NCBI GenBank assembly: GCA_042584005.1
Contig: JBHOTF010000009.1
Span: forward strand, 950-64,949
DNA: 64,000 nt
Reading direction: 5' to 3'
Origin: Bacteroidota bacterium
GTDB lineage: Bacteria; Bacteroidota; Bacteroidia; Bacteroidales; JBHOTF01
Below the pieces are notes generated by a model. It had not been told where the DNA came from. It was given only the letters and a program-made list of their open reading frames with translations, and did not search any database. Positions 35,461 to 44,881 of this stretch are shown here, piece by piece. Each line of letters begins with the position of its first letter. The stretch's first letter is position 1. The position numbers and the translations under genes are program-made.

Positions 35461-38400
35461 TTATTTTGTTTTAAATAATTTCTCAGATCTTTCCTCAAAT
35501 CTTTTTACAAGATTATCGCAGCCATTATTAAAATAACGATTTGTATTATTAGTTGCTGTGTATTTTAAGAGATATTTTTTATTATCCGGATTTTTCGGTA
35601 ATAGTGAAATTATTTCCCATTTAATATCATCAATAGATGAAAACCCATTTAATTTAAAGAGGCTGAGTATTTCCAGTAACTGTTCGATATTTGATAATTC
35701 TGTTGCCGGGCTAACAGCTTTCTCAAATTCCTGAATTATCTTTTGTGTGTTGGTATAGCTGCCGCCGGTTTCACCAGGGAAGGAAGCCGGAAGAACCAAT
35801 TCTGCTTCCATGGCAGTATCTGTAAGGAAATAATCCTGAACAACAAGAAAATCACAATCATTAAGCCATTTGTTTATTTTCTTTTTATCGATTGCACATC
35901 CAGCAGGATCTTCACCAAAAATAAATATATTTCTCAGATCATTTTTTTCCAGATTATCTGTGATGTTATTTGAAATATTTTCAGGGAAGTTCTTTATTTT
36001 AGGATTTCTGGCTGTTTTTTCCAGGAAACTCTGGTTTATAGTCTGGTTCCCAATTGCTCTGTCTGGGAACATGCCCATATCGAAAAGGCCCTGTGAGTTA
36101 TTCTTTTCCTTCAGGCATAATACACCATTTGATGTTTTACCATGTTTTCCGGTTATTAATGCCAGATTAATTACTTCCTGACATTCGTCGGCAGTAAGTT
36201 CTTTTTCAGAATATATAATTACCGCATTTTGTTCTTTATTATAATTTTCCGCAAAACTCTTTATAATTCCGGGTTTGGTTATACCGGATTTTTGCATCAA
36301 TTCGGTATAATTTTCTTTAAGAAGGTTAATTTTATATTCTTCAAAGTTTCTCACTCTGTCGTGGATAAACATTGCATTTTCCAGGCCTTTACTCAGAAGA
36401 TAATGACTTACGGCTTTGAGAAAATGAAAATATGAATCGACTTTAATTTTGGAAAGTATTTTATCATTTAAACTGCTGACTTTCTTATTGGTAATAAGTT
36501 CAACAGGCGTGTTATTTGATTTAATAGTGTTATTAACTAAAAATCCGGCAACGGCATTATCCTTATTAATCTCAGATCCGAGAATATATATTTTACTTGC
36601 TCCGTCTAATTTGGATAGAGGGACATTGTTAGCCGGATCGCCGGCATATTCACGGCCACGTCCGATATAATGAAAATTATTTACATTATTTGTACCTATG
36701 GCTTCACGGGCAATTTTTTGGATAAGGTACATTTCCTCGTTTGATAAACGAGCTCCTGCAAAAAATGCATTTTTATCGGGTTTTACATTATTTAATCTTT
36801 CTTTTATCAATTTGAATGCTTCTTCAAAACTTATTTCTTTGAATTTTCCTTGAATTTTCTGAAGAGGTTTAGTTATCCTTTCGGGATCGTTAAAATAATC
36901 ATAGCCAAATTTCGGATAACGGCATATATTACCCTGAGGATTTATCATTCCTTCCTCTCCTGTAACTTTCATAACAAAACTATCCCTATGATGAATTTTT
37001 ATTGAACATCCTACGGAGCAATAATTACATAATGATGAATAAGTATTAAGTTGAACCGGCCCGGGTTTGAAATAAACATTTTCAGTAATACCTCCGGTTG
37101 GGCAGGCAGAAATACACATCCCACATGATTCGCAATTTGTTTCAGTAAGAGAATTCCCCAGGCTTGGTGCGATATGGCTTTCAAACCCCCTGTTTACAAA
37201 TCCCAGAGCATCCGCTTTAACAACCTCATTACATATTCTAATACATCTGCCACAAAGAATACATTTATTATTATCAATTTCAATAAAAGGGTGTGAATAA
37301 TCTATTCTATATTCTTTAAATTCTCCCTTAAATACATTTTGACTGGCACCATACTTTGTTCCATATTTTTTCAAATCGCAGTCGAAATATTCAGTACATC
37401 CGCATTCAAGACAACGGTGAGATTCCTTTGTTGCAGCTTCTTCACTATACCCCAATTCAACTTCTTTGAAATTAAATCTTTTGTCGGGAGGGATAAGTGG
37501 CATTTCTTCTCTTTTTTGATTTTGAAATTCTGCCTGATAATAATCCTTTTCCTGTTCTTTAAAACTGTCTTTTGTACTAATAAATTCTTTAACCGGAGCC
37601 TTAATAACTTCTCCTTTGAGGAACTGGTCGCAACTTCGGGCGGCAATACCAGCTTGTGCTATTGCCTCTATAAGAGTTGCAGGCCCGGTAACACCATCAC
37701 CGGCAGCAAATATTGAAGGAATACCTGTTTGAAGCGTTTTACTATTGGCGTCAATATCACCCCATTTATTTAATTCTAAACTTCCTTCAGCTGTGCTTTC
37801 ATTGATATCGTCGAGAAAATCAACAACTGTTTTTTGTCCGATAGCAGCGAGTATATAATCTACTTCAATATCATATTCTGAACCTTCAACCGGAGAAGGC
37901 CTTCTTCTGCCTGAAGCATCAGGTTCTCCTAATTGCATTTTAATCAAGGTCATTGATTTCACATTACCTTCCTTATCCTTGTTTACTCTTACAGGGTTTG
38001 TAAGAAACAGATATTCAATCCCTTCATCCTTCGATTCATGAATCTCTATAGGATTTGCAGGCATTTCTTTTTCCGTTCTTCTATACACTATGAAAGTCTT
38101 TTCTGCTCCACAACGCATTGCTGTTCTGCAACAATCCATAGCAGTATTACCACCACCGACAACAACAACAGTTTTCCCGGCAAAATCCATCTTTTTTCCT
38201 GTTGATTCCATATTTCCAAGGAAAGTAATTCCTGAAAATACATTACCGGCATCATCTCCTTCACATCCAACCAGGGTTCCTTTTTGTGAGCCAATTGTAA
38301 GAATTACAGAATCGTAACGTGATTGAAGATTTTTATATGAAAGGTTATCTCCTAATTTTTGGTTATAATATATTTTTGTTCCAATTTCTTTAATGCATTC

Positions 38401-39156
38401 TACTTCTTTATCCAGTAAATCATTTGGCAGCCTATATTCAGGGATACCATAACGAAGCATACCTCCGGGTTTAGTATGAGCTTCAAAAATGTCGACCTGA
38501 TGTCCTTTTTGTTGTAAAAAATATCCTGCTGACAAACCACCCGGGCCGGCTCCAATAACAGCTATTTTTTTTCCTGTGGATGCTTCTACTTTTGGAACAA
38601 AATGATTTTTTGAATCAAGATCCTGGTCTGAAGCAAATCTCTTTAAATAATCAATTCCAACAGCAGCACCTTCATCAAGAAGGTTTCTACGGCATGCAAC
38701 CTCACATGGTCGTACACAAACCCGTCCACAAATAGAAGGCAGGGGATTTACTTCTTTAATAAGAGCAACGGCCTCAGAATACTGTTTTTTCTCAATAAGT
38801 GAAATGTATCCCTGAATATCAACACCTGCCGGGCATGTTTGTTTACAAGGAGCAACGCAATCTGCATAATGATTACTCAATAGCAGATTTAATGCATTTC
38901 TTCTGGCAAAATGAATTTTATCATTTTGTGTGTTAATTTCCATTCCATCATATAACTTTGAGGAACATGCAGGTTGCAGTCCTCTCATACCTTCAACTTC
39001 AACAATACAAAGGTAACAGGAAGAATAGGGTTTTAACCTTGGGTCGTGGCATAAGGTTGGTATTTCTATTCCATTTCTTTTTGCAAGATCAAGTATTGAT
39101 TCGCTTTTACTGCCCTTTAAAATTCTTCCGTTTATTCTTATGTTAAGATCATTCAT
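35461..39156 (-). CDS. Large Fe-S flavoprotein: NuoG-like [2Fe-2S] N-terminus + GltD/NfnB-like FAD/NAD(P)H module + Fe-S domains + non-catalytic molybdopterin-oxidoreductase-like domain
   Basis: 1231 aa. 2Fe-2S Cys pattern (CHDPRL...CYLC...ACS); GltD-type clusters (CVAPCKQTCPAG, CGRVCVRPCEVAC); VIGAGPGGLSAGYFL and VVVVGGGNTAMD dinucleotide motifs; CILCGRCIRICNEV; CESCGMCISACPTG; MopB-type CNYCSVGC...C. Confidence 0.8.
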   Translation of the reverse strand: MNDLNIRINGRILKGSKSESILDLAKRNGIEIPTLCHDPRLKPYSSCYLCIVEVEGMRGLQPACSSKLYDGMEINTQNDKIHFARRNALNLLLSNHYADCVAPCKQTCPAGVDIQGYISLIEKKQYSEAVALIKEVNPLPSICGRVCVRPCEVACRRNLLDEGAAVGIDYLKRFASDQDLDSKNHFVPKVEASTGKKIAVIGAGPGGLSAGYFLQQKGHQVDIFEAHTKPGGMLRYGIPEYRLPNDLLDKEVECIKEIGTKIYYNQKLGDNLSYKNLQSRYDSVILTIGSQKGTLVGCEGDDAGNVFSGITFLGNMESTGKKMDFAGKTVVVVGGGNTAMDCCRTAMRCGAEKTFIVYRRTEKEMPANPIEIHESKDEGIEYLFLTNPVRVNKDKEGNVKSMTLIKMQLGEPDASGRRRPSPVEGSEYDIEVDYILAAIGQKTVVDFLDDINESTAEGSLELNKWGDIDANSKTLQTGIPSIFAAGDGVTGPATLIEAIAQAGIAARSCDQFLKGEVIKAPVKEFISTKDSFKEQEKDYYQAEFQNQKREEMPLIPPDKRFNFKEVELGYSEEAATKESHRCLECGCTEYFDCDLKKYGTKYGASQNVFKGEFKEYRIDYSHPFIEIDNNKCILCGRCIRICNEVVKADALGFVNRGFESHIAPSLGNSLTETNCESCGMCISACPTGGITENVYFKPGPVQLNTYSSLCNYCSVGCSIKIHHRDSFVMKVTGEEGMINPQGNICRYPKFGYDYFNDPERITKPLQKIQGKFKEISFEEAFKLIKERLNNVKPDKNAFFAGARLSNEEMYLIQKIAREAIGTNNVNNFHYIGRGREYAGDPANNVPLSKLDGASKIYILGSEINKDNAVAGFLVNNTIKSNNTPVELITNKKVSSLNDKILSKIKVDSYFHFLKAVSHYLLSKGLENAMFIHDRVRNFEEYKINLLKENYTELMQKSGITKPGIIKSFAENYNKEQNAVIIYSEKELTADECQEVINLALITGKHGKTSNGVLCLKEKNNSQGLFDMGMFPDRAIGNQTINQSFLEKTARNPKIKNFPENISNNITDNLEKNDLRNIFIFGEDPAGCAIDKKKINKWLNDCDFLVVQDYFLTDTAMEAELVLPASFPGETGGSYTNTQKIIQEFEKAVSPATELSNIEQLLEILSLFKLNGFSSIDDIKWEIISLLPKNPDNKKYLLKYTATNNTNRYFNNGCDNLVKRFEERSEKLFKTK

Positions 39157-39191
39157 TTTTAAAATCAGTTTTTGCTGGAATATCTATATTA

Positions 39192-40970
39192 TTATGATAA
39201 TAGAATAGCCTCGAATTTACATTTTGAATAACAAACACCACATTTTGTACAATCATCCTGACGAATAAAATGTATTTCTTTTTTCTCTCCGTCGATTGCA
39301 TCAACAGGACAGTTTTTAGCACATACTCTACAGCCGTTACAATTTTCTTTGCTGACTGTATATGTAAGAAGTTTCTTACAGGACTTTGCCGGGCACTTTT
39401 TGTCAATAATATGTGCCTCATATTCTTCTTTGAAATATTTAATTGTTGTAAGTACTGGGTTTGGTGCAGTTTGTCCAAGTCCACATAAAGAGCTATCTTT
39501 TATCTGAAAAGCTAATTCTTCAAGTTGCTCAATATCACCCTTTTGACCTTCACCTTCAGTAATTCTTGTCAATATTTCAAGCATACGCGTTGTCCCGACT
39601 CTACAGAAAGTGCATTTTCCACATGACTCTTTTTTGGTGAAATCAAGAAAAAATCGAGCCATATCAACCATACAAGTACTTTCATCCATTACCACCATAC
39701 CACCTGAACCCATTATAGCGCCTGTTGCATTTACGGAATCATAATCGATCTGAGTGTCAATTAGATGTTCCGGAATACATCCACCTGAGGGGCCTCCCAG
39801 CTGAACGGCTTTAAACTTTTTACCATCGGGTATCCCGCCTCCTAATTTAAAAATTACATCGCGTATGCTAATTCCCATTGGAACTTCAACAAGTCCACCA
39901 TGATTAATTTTCCCGGTAAGAGCAAATACTTTTGTGCCTTTACTTCTTTGAGTTCCATATTTGGAAAATTCTTCTGGTCCCTTATCTATTATCCATGGTA
40001 TACAGGCAAATGTTTCAACATTATTAATATTTGTTGGTTTTCCCCATAAGCCTGATTCAGCAGGGAAAGGAGGGCGTTTTCTTGGCATTCCCCGTTCTCC
40101 TTCAACCGATGCAATCAATGCTGTTTCTTCACCACAAACAAAAGCCCCGGCTCCTTCTTTAACATACATGTCGAAGTCAAAACCTTCAAATCCCATTATG
40201 TCTTTTCCAAGATAGCCATTTTCACGTGCTTGATTCAGAGCTATATTGAGTCTGATTATTGCAAGTGGATATTCAGCACGACAATATATTACACCTTCAG
40301 TTGCTCCTATTGCATATGCTCCGATTATCATCCCTTCAAGCACTGCATGAGGATCGCCTTCTAATAACGATCTGTCCATAAAAGCTCCGGGATCGCCTTC
40401 ATCAGCATTACAAATTATGTATTTTTCCTTTGATTTGTTCATTGAAGCAAATTTCCATTTCATTCCTGTAGGAAATCCACCACCACCACGGCCTCTGATT
40501 CCGGAATCAAATACCATCTGAATTACTTCTTCAGGGCTTAATTTATCTTCTATTATTGTTCTTAATGCTTTATAACCATTTCGGCTTATATATTCTTCAA
40601 TCTTTTCCGGATCAATATATCCGCAATCACGAAGTGCAATTTTAACCTGTCCTTTAAAAAAGCTGTCATCTTCCAATGACATTTTATCTGATTTAACTAA
40701 ATATTCCTCAACAGGCTTACCATTAAGCACATGTTGATCTATTATCGCAGAAGCTTTTTCTTCATTAATGTTCCCATACAAATATGAGCCTGTACTATCA
40801 GCAACCTCAACAAGTGGTTCTCTGAAACACATACCAATACAACTGGTTTTTGACAGATCAAAATTATTATTGCCAGCATTCTGTAATTCATTAAGTTTGT
40901 TATAAACTTTTTTTCCGCCAGCGGCTATTCCGCAGCTTCCAAGACCGACAATTACTTTTGTTATACCCAT
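39192..40970 (-). CDS. NuoF/HydB-like NADH-binding FMN Fe-S subunit with C-terminal 2x[4Fe-4S] ferredoxin arm
   Basis: 592 aa. N-terminal thioredoxin-like Cys segment (GLGSCGIAAG...CIGMC), GRGGGGFPTGMKW, ESCGKCTFCRVG, and C-terminal CNGCRVCAKNCP and CTKCGVCYSKC. Confidence 0.9.
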   Translation of the reverse strand: MGITKVIVGLGSCGIAAGGKKVYNKLNELQNAGNNNFDLSKTSCIGMCFREPLVEVADSTGSYLYGNINEEKASAIIDQHVLNGKPVEEYLVKSDKMSLEDDSFFKGQVKIALRDCGYIDPEKIEEYISRNGYKALRTIIEDKLSPEEVIQMVFDSGIRGRGGGGFPTGMKWKFASMNKSKEKYIICNADEGDPGAFMDRSLLEGDPHAVLEGMIIGAYAIGATEGVIYCRAEYPLAIIRLNIALNQARENGYLGKDIMGFEGFDFDMYVKEGAGAFVCGEETALIASVEGERGMPRKRPPFPAESGLWGKPTNINNVETFACIPWIIDKGPEEFSKYGTQRSKGTKVFALTGKINHGGLVEVPMGISIRDVIFKLGGGIPDGKKFKAVQLGGPSGGCIPEHLIDTQIDYDSVNATGAIMGSGGMVVMDESTCMVDMARFFLDFTKKESCGKCTFCRVGTTRMLEILTRITEGEGQKGDIEQLEELAFQIKDSSLCGLGQTAPNPVLTTIKYFKEEYEAHIIDKKCPAKSCKKLLTYTVSKENCNGCRVCAKNCPVDAIDGEKKEIHFIRQDDCTKCGVCYSKCKFEAILLS

Positions 40971-41020
40971 ATTTAGTTTCAGAATTATTTATTATTGAAT
41001 TAGGAAAATAGAAAACATTA

Positions 41021-41545
41021 TTATTTGTTTTTTTCCTTATTCCGGATATCTTTAATCACTTTGGCAGCCGACTTTCTTGTCAGTTTACCAAATGTTTCAT
41101 CTCCAATCATCAAAACAGGTGCAAGAGAGCAACATCCAAGACAGGCAACAGATTCCAGAGTAAATAAATTATCTTCCGTTGTTTCACCGTCTTTAATTTT
41201 TAATGTTTCCTCAATAGTTTCTGTAATTATCGGTGCATCAAGAACATGACAAGCTGTTCCATGACAAACCTTTATAATATGTTTACCTACAGGTTTAAGC
41301 CTGAACTGAGAATAAAATGTAGCAACACCATACATGTCACTTAAACCTAAGCCTGTTTCATTAGATATTTTGATGAAAGCTTCACTTGGTATATATCCGT
41401 ATATATCTTGCGTTTTTTGTAAAATAGGTATCAGACTGCCTTTTTTTGATCTGTACTTTTCAATTACCGGTTGAATCAGATCAAGATTAACCTGAACAAT
41501 ATCTTTAGTATTTTCTCTGGAATGTGATAACCTTGTTATTCGCAT
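41021..41545 (-). CDS. NuoE/HydC-like thioredoxin-fold [2Fe-2S] subunit
   Basis: 174 aa with CHGTACHV and CLGCCSLAPV cluster-ligand motifs. First gene of the three-gene operon. Confidence 0.85.
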   Translation of the reverse strand: MRITRLSHSRENTKDIVQVNLDLIQPVIEKYRSKKGSLIPILQKTQDIYGYIPSEAFIKISNETGLGLSDMYGVATFYSQFRLKPVGKHIIKVCHGTACHVLDAPIITETIEETLKIKDGETTEDNLFTLESVACLGCCSLAPVLMIGDETFGKLTRKSAAKVIKDIRNKEKNK

Positions 41546-41588
41546 TTTATGATAAATTATCCTGTCAGCCTTAAAATTTTAATCGCGC

Positions 41589-41596
41589 CAAATATA
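41589..41596 (-). promoter_or_regulatory. Candidate -7 promoter element for the NuoE/F/G-like operon
   Basis: Plus-strand CAAATATA is TATATTTG on the minus strand, 43 nt upstream of the ATG at 41545. No convincing -33 element. Confidence 0.25.
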
Positions 41597-41655
41597 GTCA
41601 CAAAATTGATCAATAATAATGACAAATCTCAATTTTTTCCGCACTATTTATTTAA

Positions 41656-42837
41656 ATGATAACCATTGAGTTGTCATTGATTTCAATATTTTATAAATTT
41701 ACACAAAAGACATCTATTATGAATATAACTGATTTATTCCTTAGAATTTTTAATAAAAGCAAAAACAAAGAAAAAAAAGTCAGAAAATCAGATGGCCCGG
41801 TGATTATTGATAAATTCAAAAAACAGGGAAAGACAAAAACTCCAGCATTAGAATTAGAGTTGATGAAATCTACTGTAGAGAAAAAAATAGTAAAGGTTTA
41901 TGATGTAAGAAAAAAGATGATTGAAGCAACAAGAATAAAAAGAGAGGAGGGGTACGAATCTGCTATTATTTTTTTGAAAAAGGTTGCTGAAGAATGTCTT
42001 ATGAGGCAACTTTCTGACCTGGTGTTATGTGTGAATAAGTTAATTCCTTATATGATGAAGAAGGATATTGCTATTTCATATAAGGAAACATGTGAATATC
42101 TGGATGATATACTTGAGAGAATGCCACGTGATGATGGTTATTATCTGAATTTGTTTATTACCAAAGCAGGATTGATTCATATTAAGGATGAGGAAAAGGC
42201 AGTAAATTATCTGGAAAAAATATTGAATAAATACAGAGCAGCAAAAAAGAATATTAATTTCTATTTAAAACTTGCAGAATATAACATTTTGCTTAAACGA
42301 CAGAAACCCGCTGAAGAAAATATCAATAAAGCCAGGGAACTTCTGAAAACAAAAAGAGAAAGGTATTCACATATTAGAAAACAGAAGAAGTGGCATGGCT
42401 TATCAAAATTATATGCTCTTAATTTTCCTGAGGCTAGTAGTCATACAGATTTTCTATATCATACATATCTTGAATTTCTGATGAGTATATGTCTTATTAC
42501 CAGCCCTCAGAATGCAAAACTATTCCGACACTTCAGAGAAAATTACACAAATGGGACATGGAAACTTGACAGGTATGAAAAATATAATGAGGTCCTCGAA
42601 AAATCAGGACTATTAAATAAAAAGACCATTATTCACAATGAACTATATGATTATGCTTTTAACACTATGCCGGAAGTTATTGGAGTTACAAAACAACAAC
42701 TGGCTTATGTAAAAGGTGAACCAGAAAGCATTGAAGAAATAAGAAAGAAGAAAGTATTTCCTAAAAAACAATTTGTAGAATTCTATGAACTCGACAAATT
42801 TACTAAACAGCTAATTCTCAAATACCAGGATAATTAG
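41656..42837 (+). CDS. Hypothetical cytoplasmic alpha-helical protein (no recognisable family)
   Basis: 393-aa ORF that is Lys/Glu-rich, with no signal peptide and no motifs I recognise. An alternative ATG at 41719 (MNITDLFLRIF) is equally plausible. Confidence 0.5.
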   Translation: MITIELSLISIFYKFTQKTSIMNITDLFLRIFNKSKNKEKKVRKSDGPVIIDKFKKQGKTKTPALELELMKSTVEKKIVKVYDVRKKMIEATRIKREEGYESAIIFLKKVAEECLMRQLSDLVLCVNKLIPYMMKKDIAISYKETCEYLDDILERMPRDDGYYLNLFITKAGLIHIKDEEKAVNYLEKILNKYRAAKKNINFYLKLAEYNILLKRQKPAEENINKARELLKTKRERYSHIRKQKKWHGLSKLYALNFPEASSHTDFLYHTYLEFLMSICLITSPQNAKLFRHFRENYTNGTWKLDRYEKYNEVLEKSGLLNKKTIIHNELYDYAFNTMPEVIGVTKQQLAYVKGEPESIEEIRKKKVFPKKQFVEFYELDKFTKQLILKYQDN

Positions 42838-42845
42838 TAATAGTT

Positions 42846-43793
42846 TTAAATTCCGGATAAAAAATTCTTAATATTAGTCTCAATACGATTGTTTATATTA
42901 GAAATGTCTGCTTTTTCGAATTTATCTCCGGTAATGTTTTCATATAATTCAATATATCTGTCAGACACCTCATCTACAAAATTATCGGGCATTTCCGGCA
43001 TTTTTTGTCCCTCTTTTCCCTGAAAATCATTATCCATTAGCCATTCTCTGACAAATTCTTTAGATAGTTGTTTTTGTGGGAGGTTATTATTTTGCCTGTG
43101 GCTATAACCTTCTGCATAAAAATATCTTGATGAATCGGGAGTATGTATCTCATCAATAAGATAAATCTCTCCATCTTTTTTCCCGAATTCATATTTTGTG
43201 TCAACAAGAAGAAGTCCCATTTTCTCTGCTATTTCTGAGCCTCTCAGAAATAACTTTAAGGTGTATTCCTCAAGTTTGGTATATTCCTCTTCACTAACAA
43301 TTCCCTGGGCAATAATATCTTCTCTGGAAATATCCTCATCATGCCCTTCACTTGCTTTGGTGGTTGGTGTAATAATTGGTACAGGAAATTTGTCATGTTC
43401 CTTCATCCCATCGGGAAGATTTATCCCACAAATTTTTCGTCCCCCGGATTTGTATATTCTCCATGCATGGCCTGTTAGGTAACCCCGGATAACCATTTCA
43501 ACTAAATAAGGATCAACAATATGCCCTATTGTAACCATAGGATCAGGAGTGGCAATTTTCCAATTCTTCACAATATCTCTTGTTTCATCAAGAAACTTTG
43601 AAGCAATTTGGTTCAATACCTGCCCTTTGAAAGGAATTCCTTTTGGAAGTACAATGTCAAATGCTGATATCCTGTCAGAAACCACCATAATTAAAAGATC
43701 ATCATTTATATTATAAACGTCCCTTACTTTACCTTTATAAAGTGATTTTTGTCCTTCAAAATTAAAATCTGTTTTAATAATTGCTTTCTCCAT
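42846..43793 (-). CDS. purC: Phosphoribosylaminoimidazole-succinocarboxamide (SAICAR) synthase
   Basis: 315 aa. [18 protein letters not shown] and LVDTKYEFG motifs of the long-form PurC. Confidence 0.9.
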   Translation of the reverse strand: MEKAIIKTDFNFEGQKSLYKGKVRDVYNINDDLLIMVVSDRISAFDIVLPKGIPFKGQVLNQIASKFLDETRDIVKNWKIATPDPMVTIGHIVDPYLVEMVIRGYLTGHAWRIYKSGGRKICGINLPDGMKEHDKFPVPIITPTTKASEGHDEDISREDIIAQGIVSEEEYTKLEEYTLKLFLRGSEIAEKMGLLLVDTKYEFGKKDGEIYLIDEIHTPDSSRYFYAEGYSHRQNNNLPQKQLSKEFVREWLMDNDFQGKEGQKMPEMPDNFVDEVSDRYIELYENITGDKFEKADISNINNRIETNIKNFLSGI

Positions 43794-43825
43794 TTCACTA
43801 CATTTTTTTATTTATATTCAATATA

Positions 43826-44785
43826 TTATTTACTTATTTTCTTATTATTTTTCTCATTATAGGCCTTTATAATATCTATCACAAGTTTATGCCGTATAAT
43901 GTCTTTTGAACTGAAATTTATTATCCCTATTCCTTTAATATTTTGCAGCATTTCTGAAGCCTGAACAAGGCCGGATTCACTTTTAGGAGGCAGATCTATT
44001 TGTGTGATATCGCCGGTAACAATAAACTTTGAATTTTCACCCATCCGGGTTAAGAACATTTTCATTTGAATAGGAGTGGCATTTTGTGCTTCATCAAGAA
44101 TAACCACAGAATTACTCAATGTTCGTCCTCTCATGAACGCTAATGGGGCAATTTGAATAATCCTGTTTTCAAAATGTTCTGAGAGCTTTTTTGGTGGAAT
44201 CATATCATTCAGAGCATCATATAATGGTTGCAGATATGGATCCAATTTTTCTTTAAGGTCGCCTGGAAGAAAACCAAGATGTTCTCCGGCTTCAACTGCC
44301 GGCCTGCTGAGAATAATCCTTTTTACCTCCTTATTTTTTAAAGCGTTTACGGCAAGTGCTATAGCCATATATGTTTTGCCGGTTCCTGCAGGGCCAATAG
44401 AAAATATCAAATCACAGGATTTGTACTTTTTTACCATTATTTTCTGACTATCGTTTCTGGCTTTAATTGCCTTCCCATGATTTCCAAACACAATTGTATT
44501 ATTGGTGCCGGCCGGTTTTTCATCCTGATCCTGATTCGTTGAGAGGACTCTTATTGTATCAGTTTCATTAAGACTGTTATATTTATTAAAGTGATTGATT
44601 AATTGTAAAACTTTATTTTCAAACAATAATATCTCCTTTTCATGTCCGATGGCTTTAATTGTATCGCCTCTGCATATTAATTTAAGTTTTGAGAAAAATT
44701 TTTCAATCAGGTTGAGATTGGAATTATTAGGTCCGAAAAAAATCACAGGATCTATACCTTCCAAATATATGGTCTTTTCAATCAT
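43826..44785 (-). CDS. phoH: PhoH-family ATPase
   Basis: The ATG at 44785 gives MIEKTIYLEG; the track ORF extends 24 codons further upstream. Walker A GPAGTGKTYMAIA, FLPGDLKEK, and the DEAQN Walker B/PhoH signature. Confidence 0.85.
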   Translation of the reverse strand: MIEKTIYLEGIDPVIFFGPNNSNLNLIEKFFSKLKLICRGDTIKAIGHEKEILLFENKVLQLINHFNKYNSLNETDTIRVLSTNQDQDEKPAGTNNTIVFGNHGKAIKARNDSQKIMVKKYKSCDLIFSIGPAGTGKTYMAIALAVNALKNKEVKRIILSRPAVEAGEHLGFLPGDLKEKLDPYLQPLYDALNDMIPPKKLSEHFENRIIQIAPLAFMRGRTLSNSVVILDEAQNATPIQMKMFLTRMGENSKFIVTGDITQIDLPPKSESGLVQASEMLQNIKGIGIINFSSKDIIRHKLVIDIIKAYNEKNNKKISK

Positions 44786-44881
44786 AATTTTCAATAATAT
44801 GTTTAATTTTGAATTCTGTACAATAATGTAGTACCGCTTCTGCAAATCTGAAAGCAAAAATAGCTAATAATTATTTATTTA

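Noticed and set aside
35461-39156. Formate dehydrogenase alpha subunit / selenoprotein
   Set aside because: There is no in-frame TGA and no Cys at the expected Mo/W-ligand position after the MopB Fe-S cluster. The MopB-like part is short. No fdhD/moa-type accessory genes are nearby. A NuoG-like non-catalytic domain is the better reading.
39149-39484. 111-aa minus-strand ORF overlapping the 3' end of the NuoF-like gene
   Set aside because: It lies in a different frame inside a strongly supported gene and in the 35-nt operon spacer. It has a low-complexity, Cys-poor sequence with no family resemblance. Spurious.
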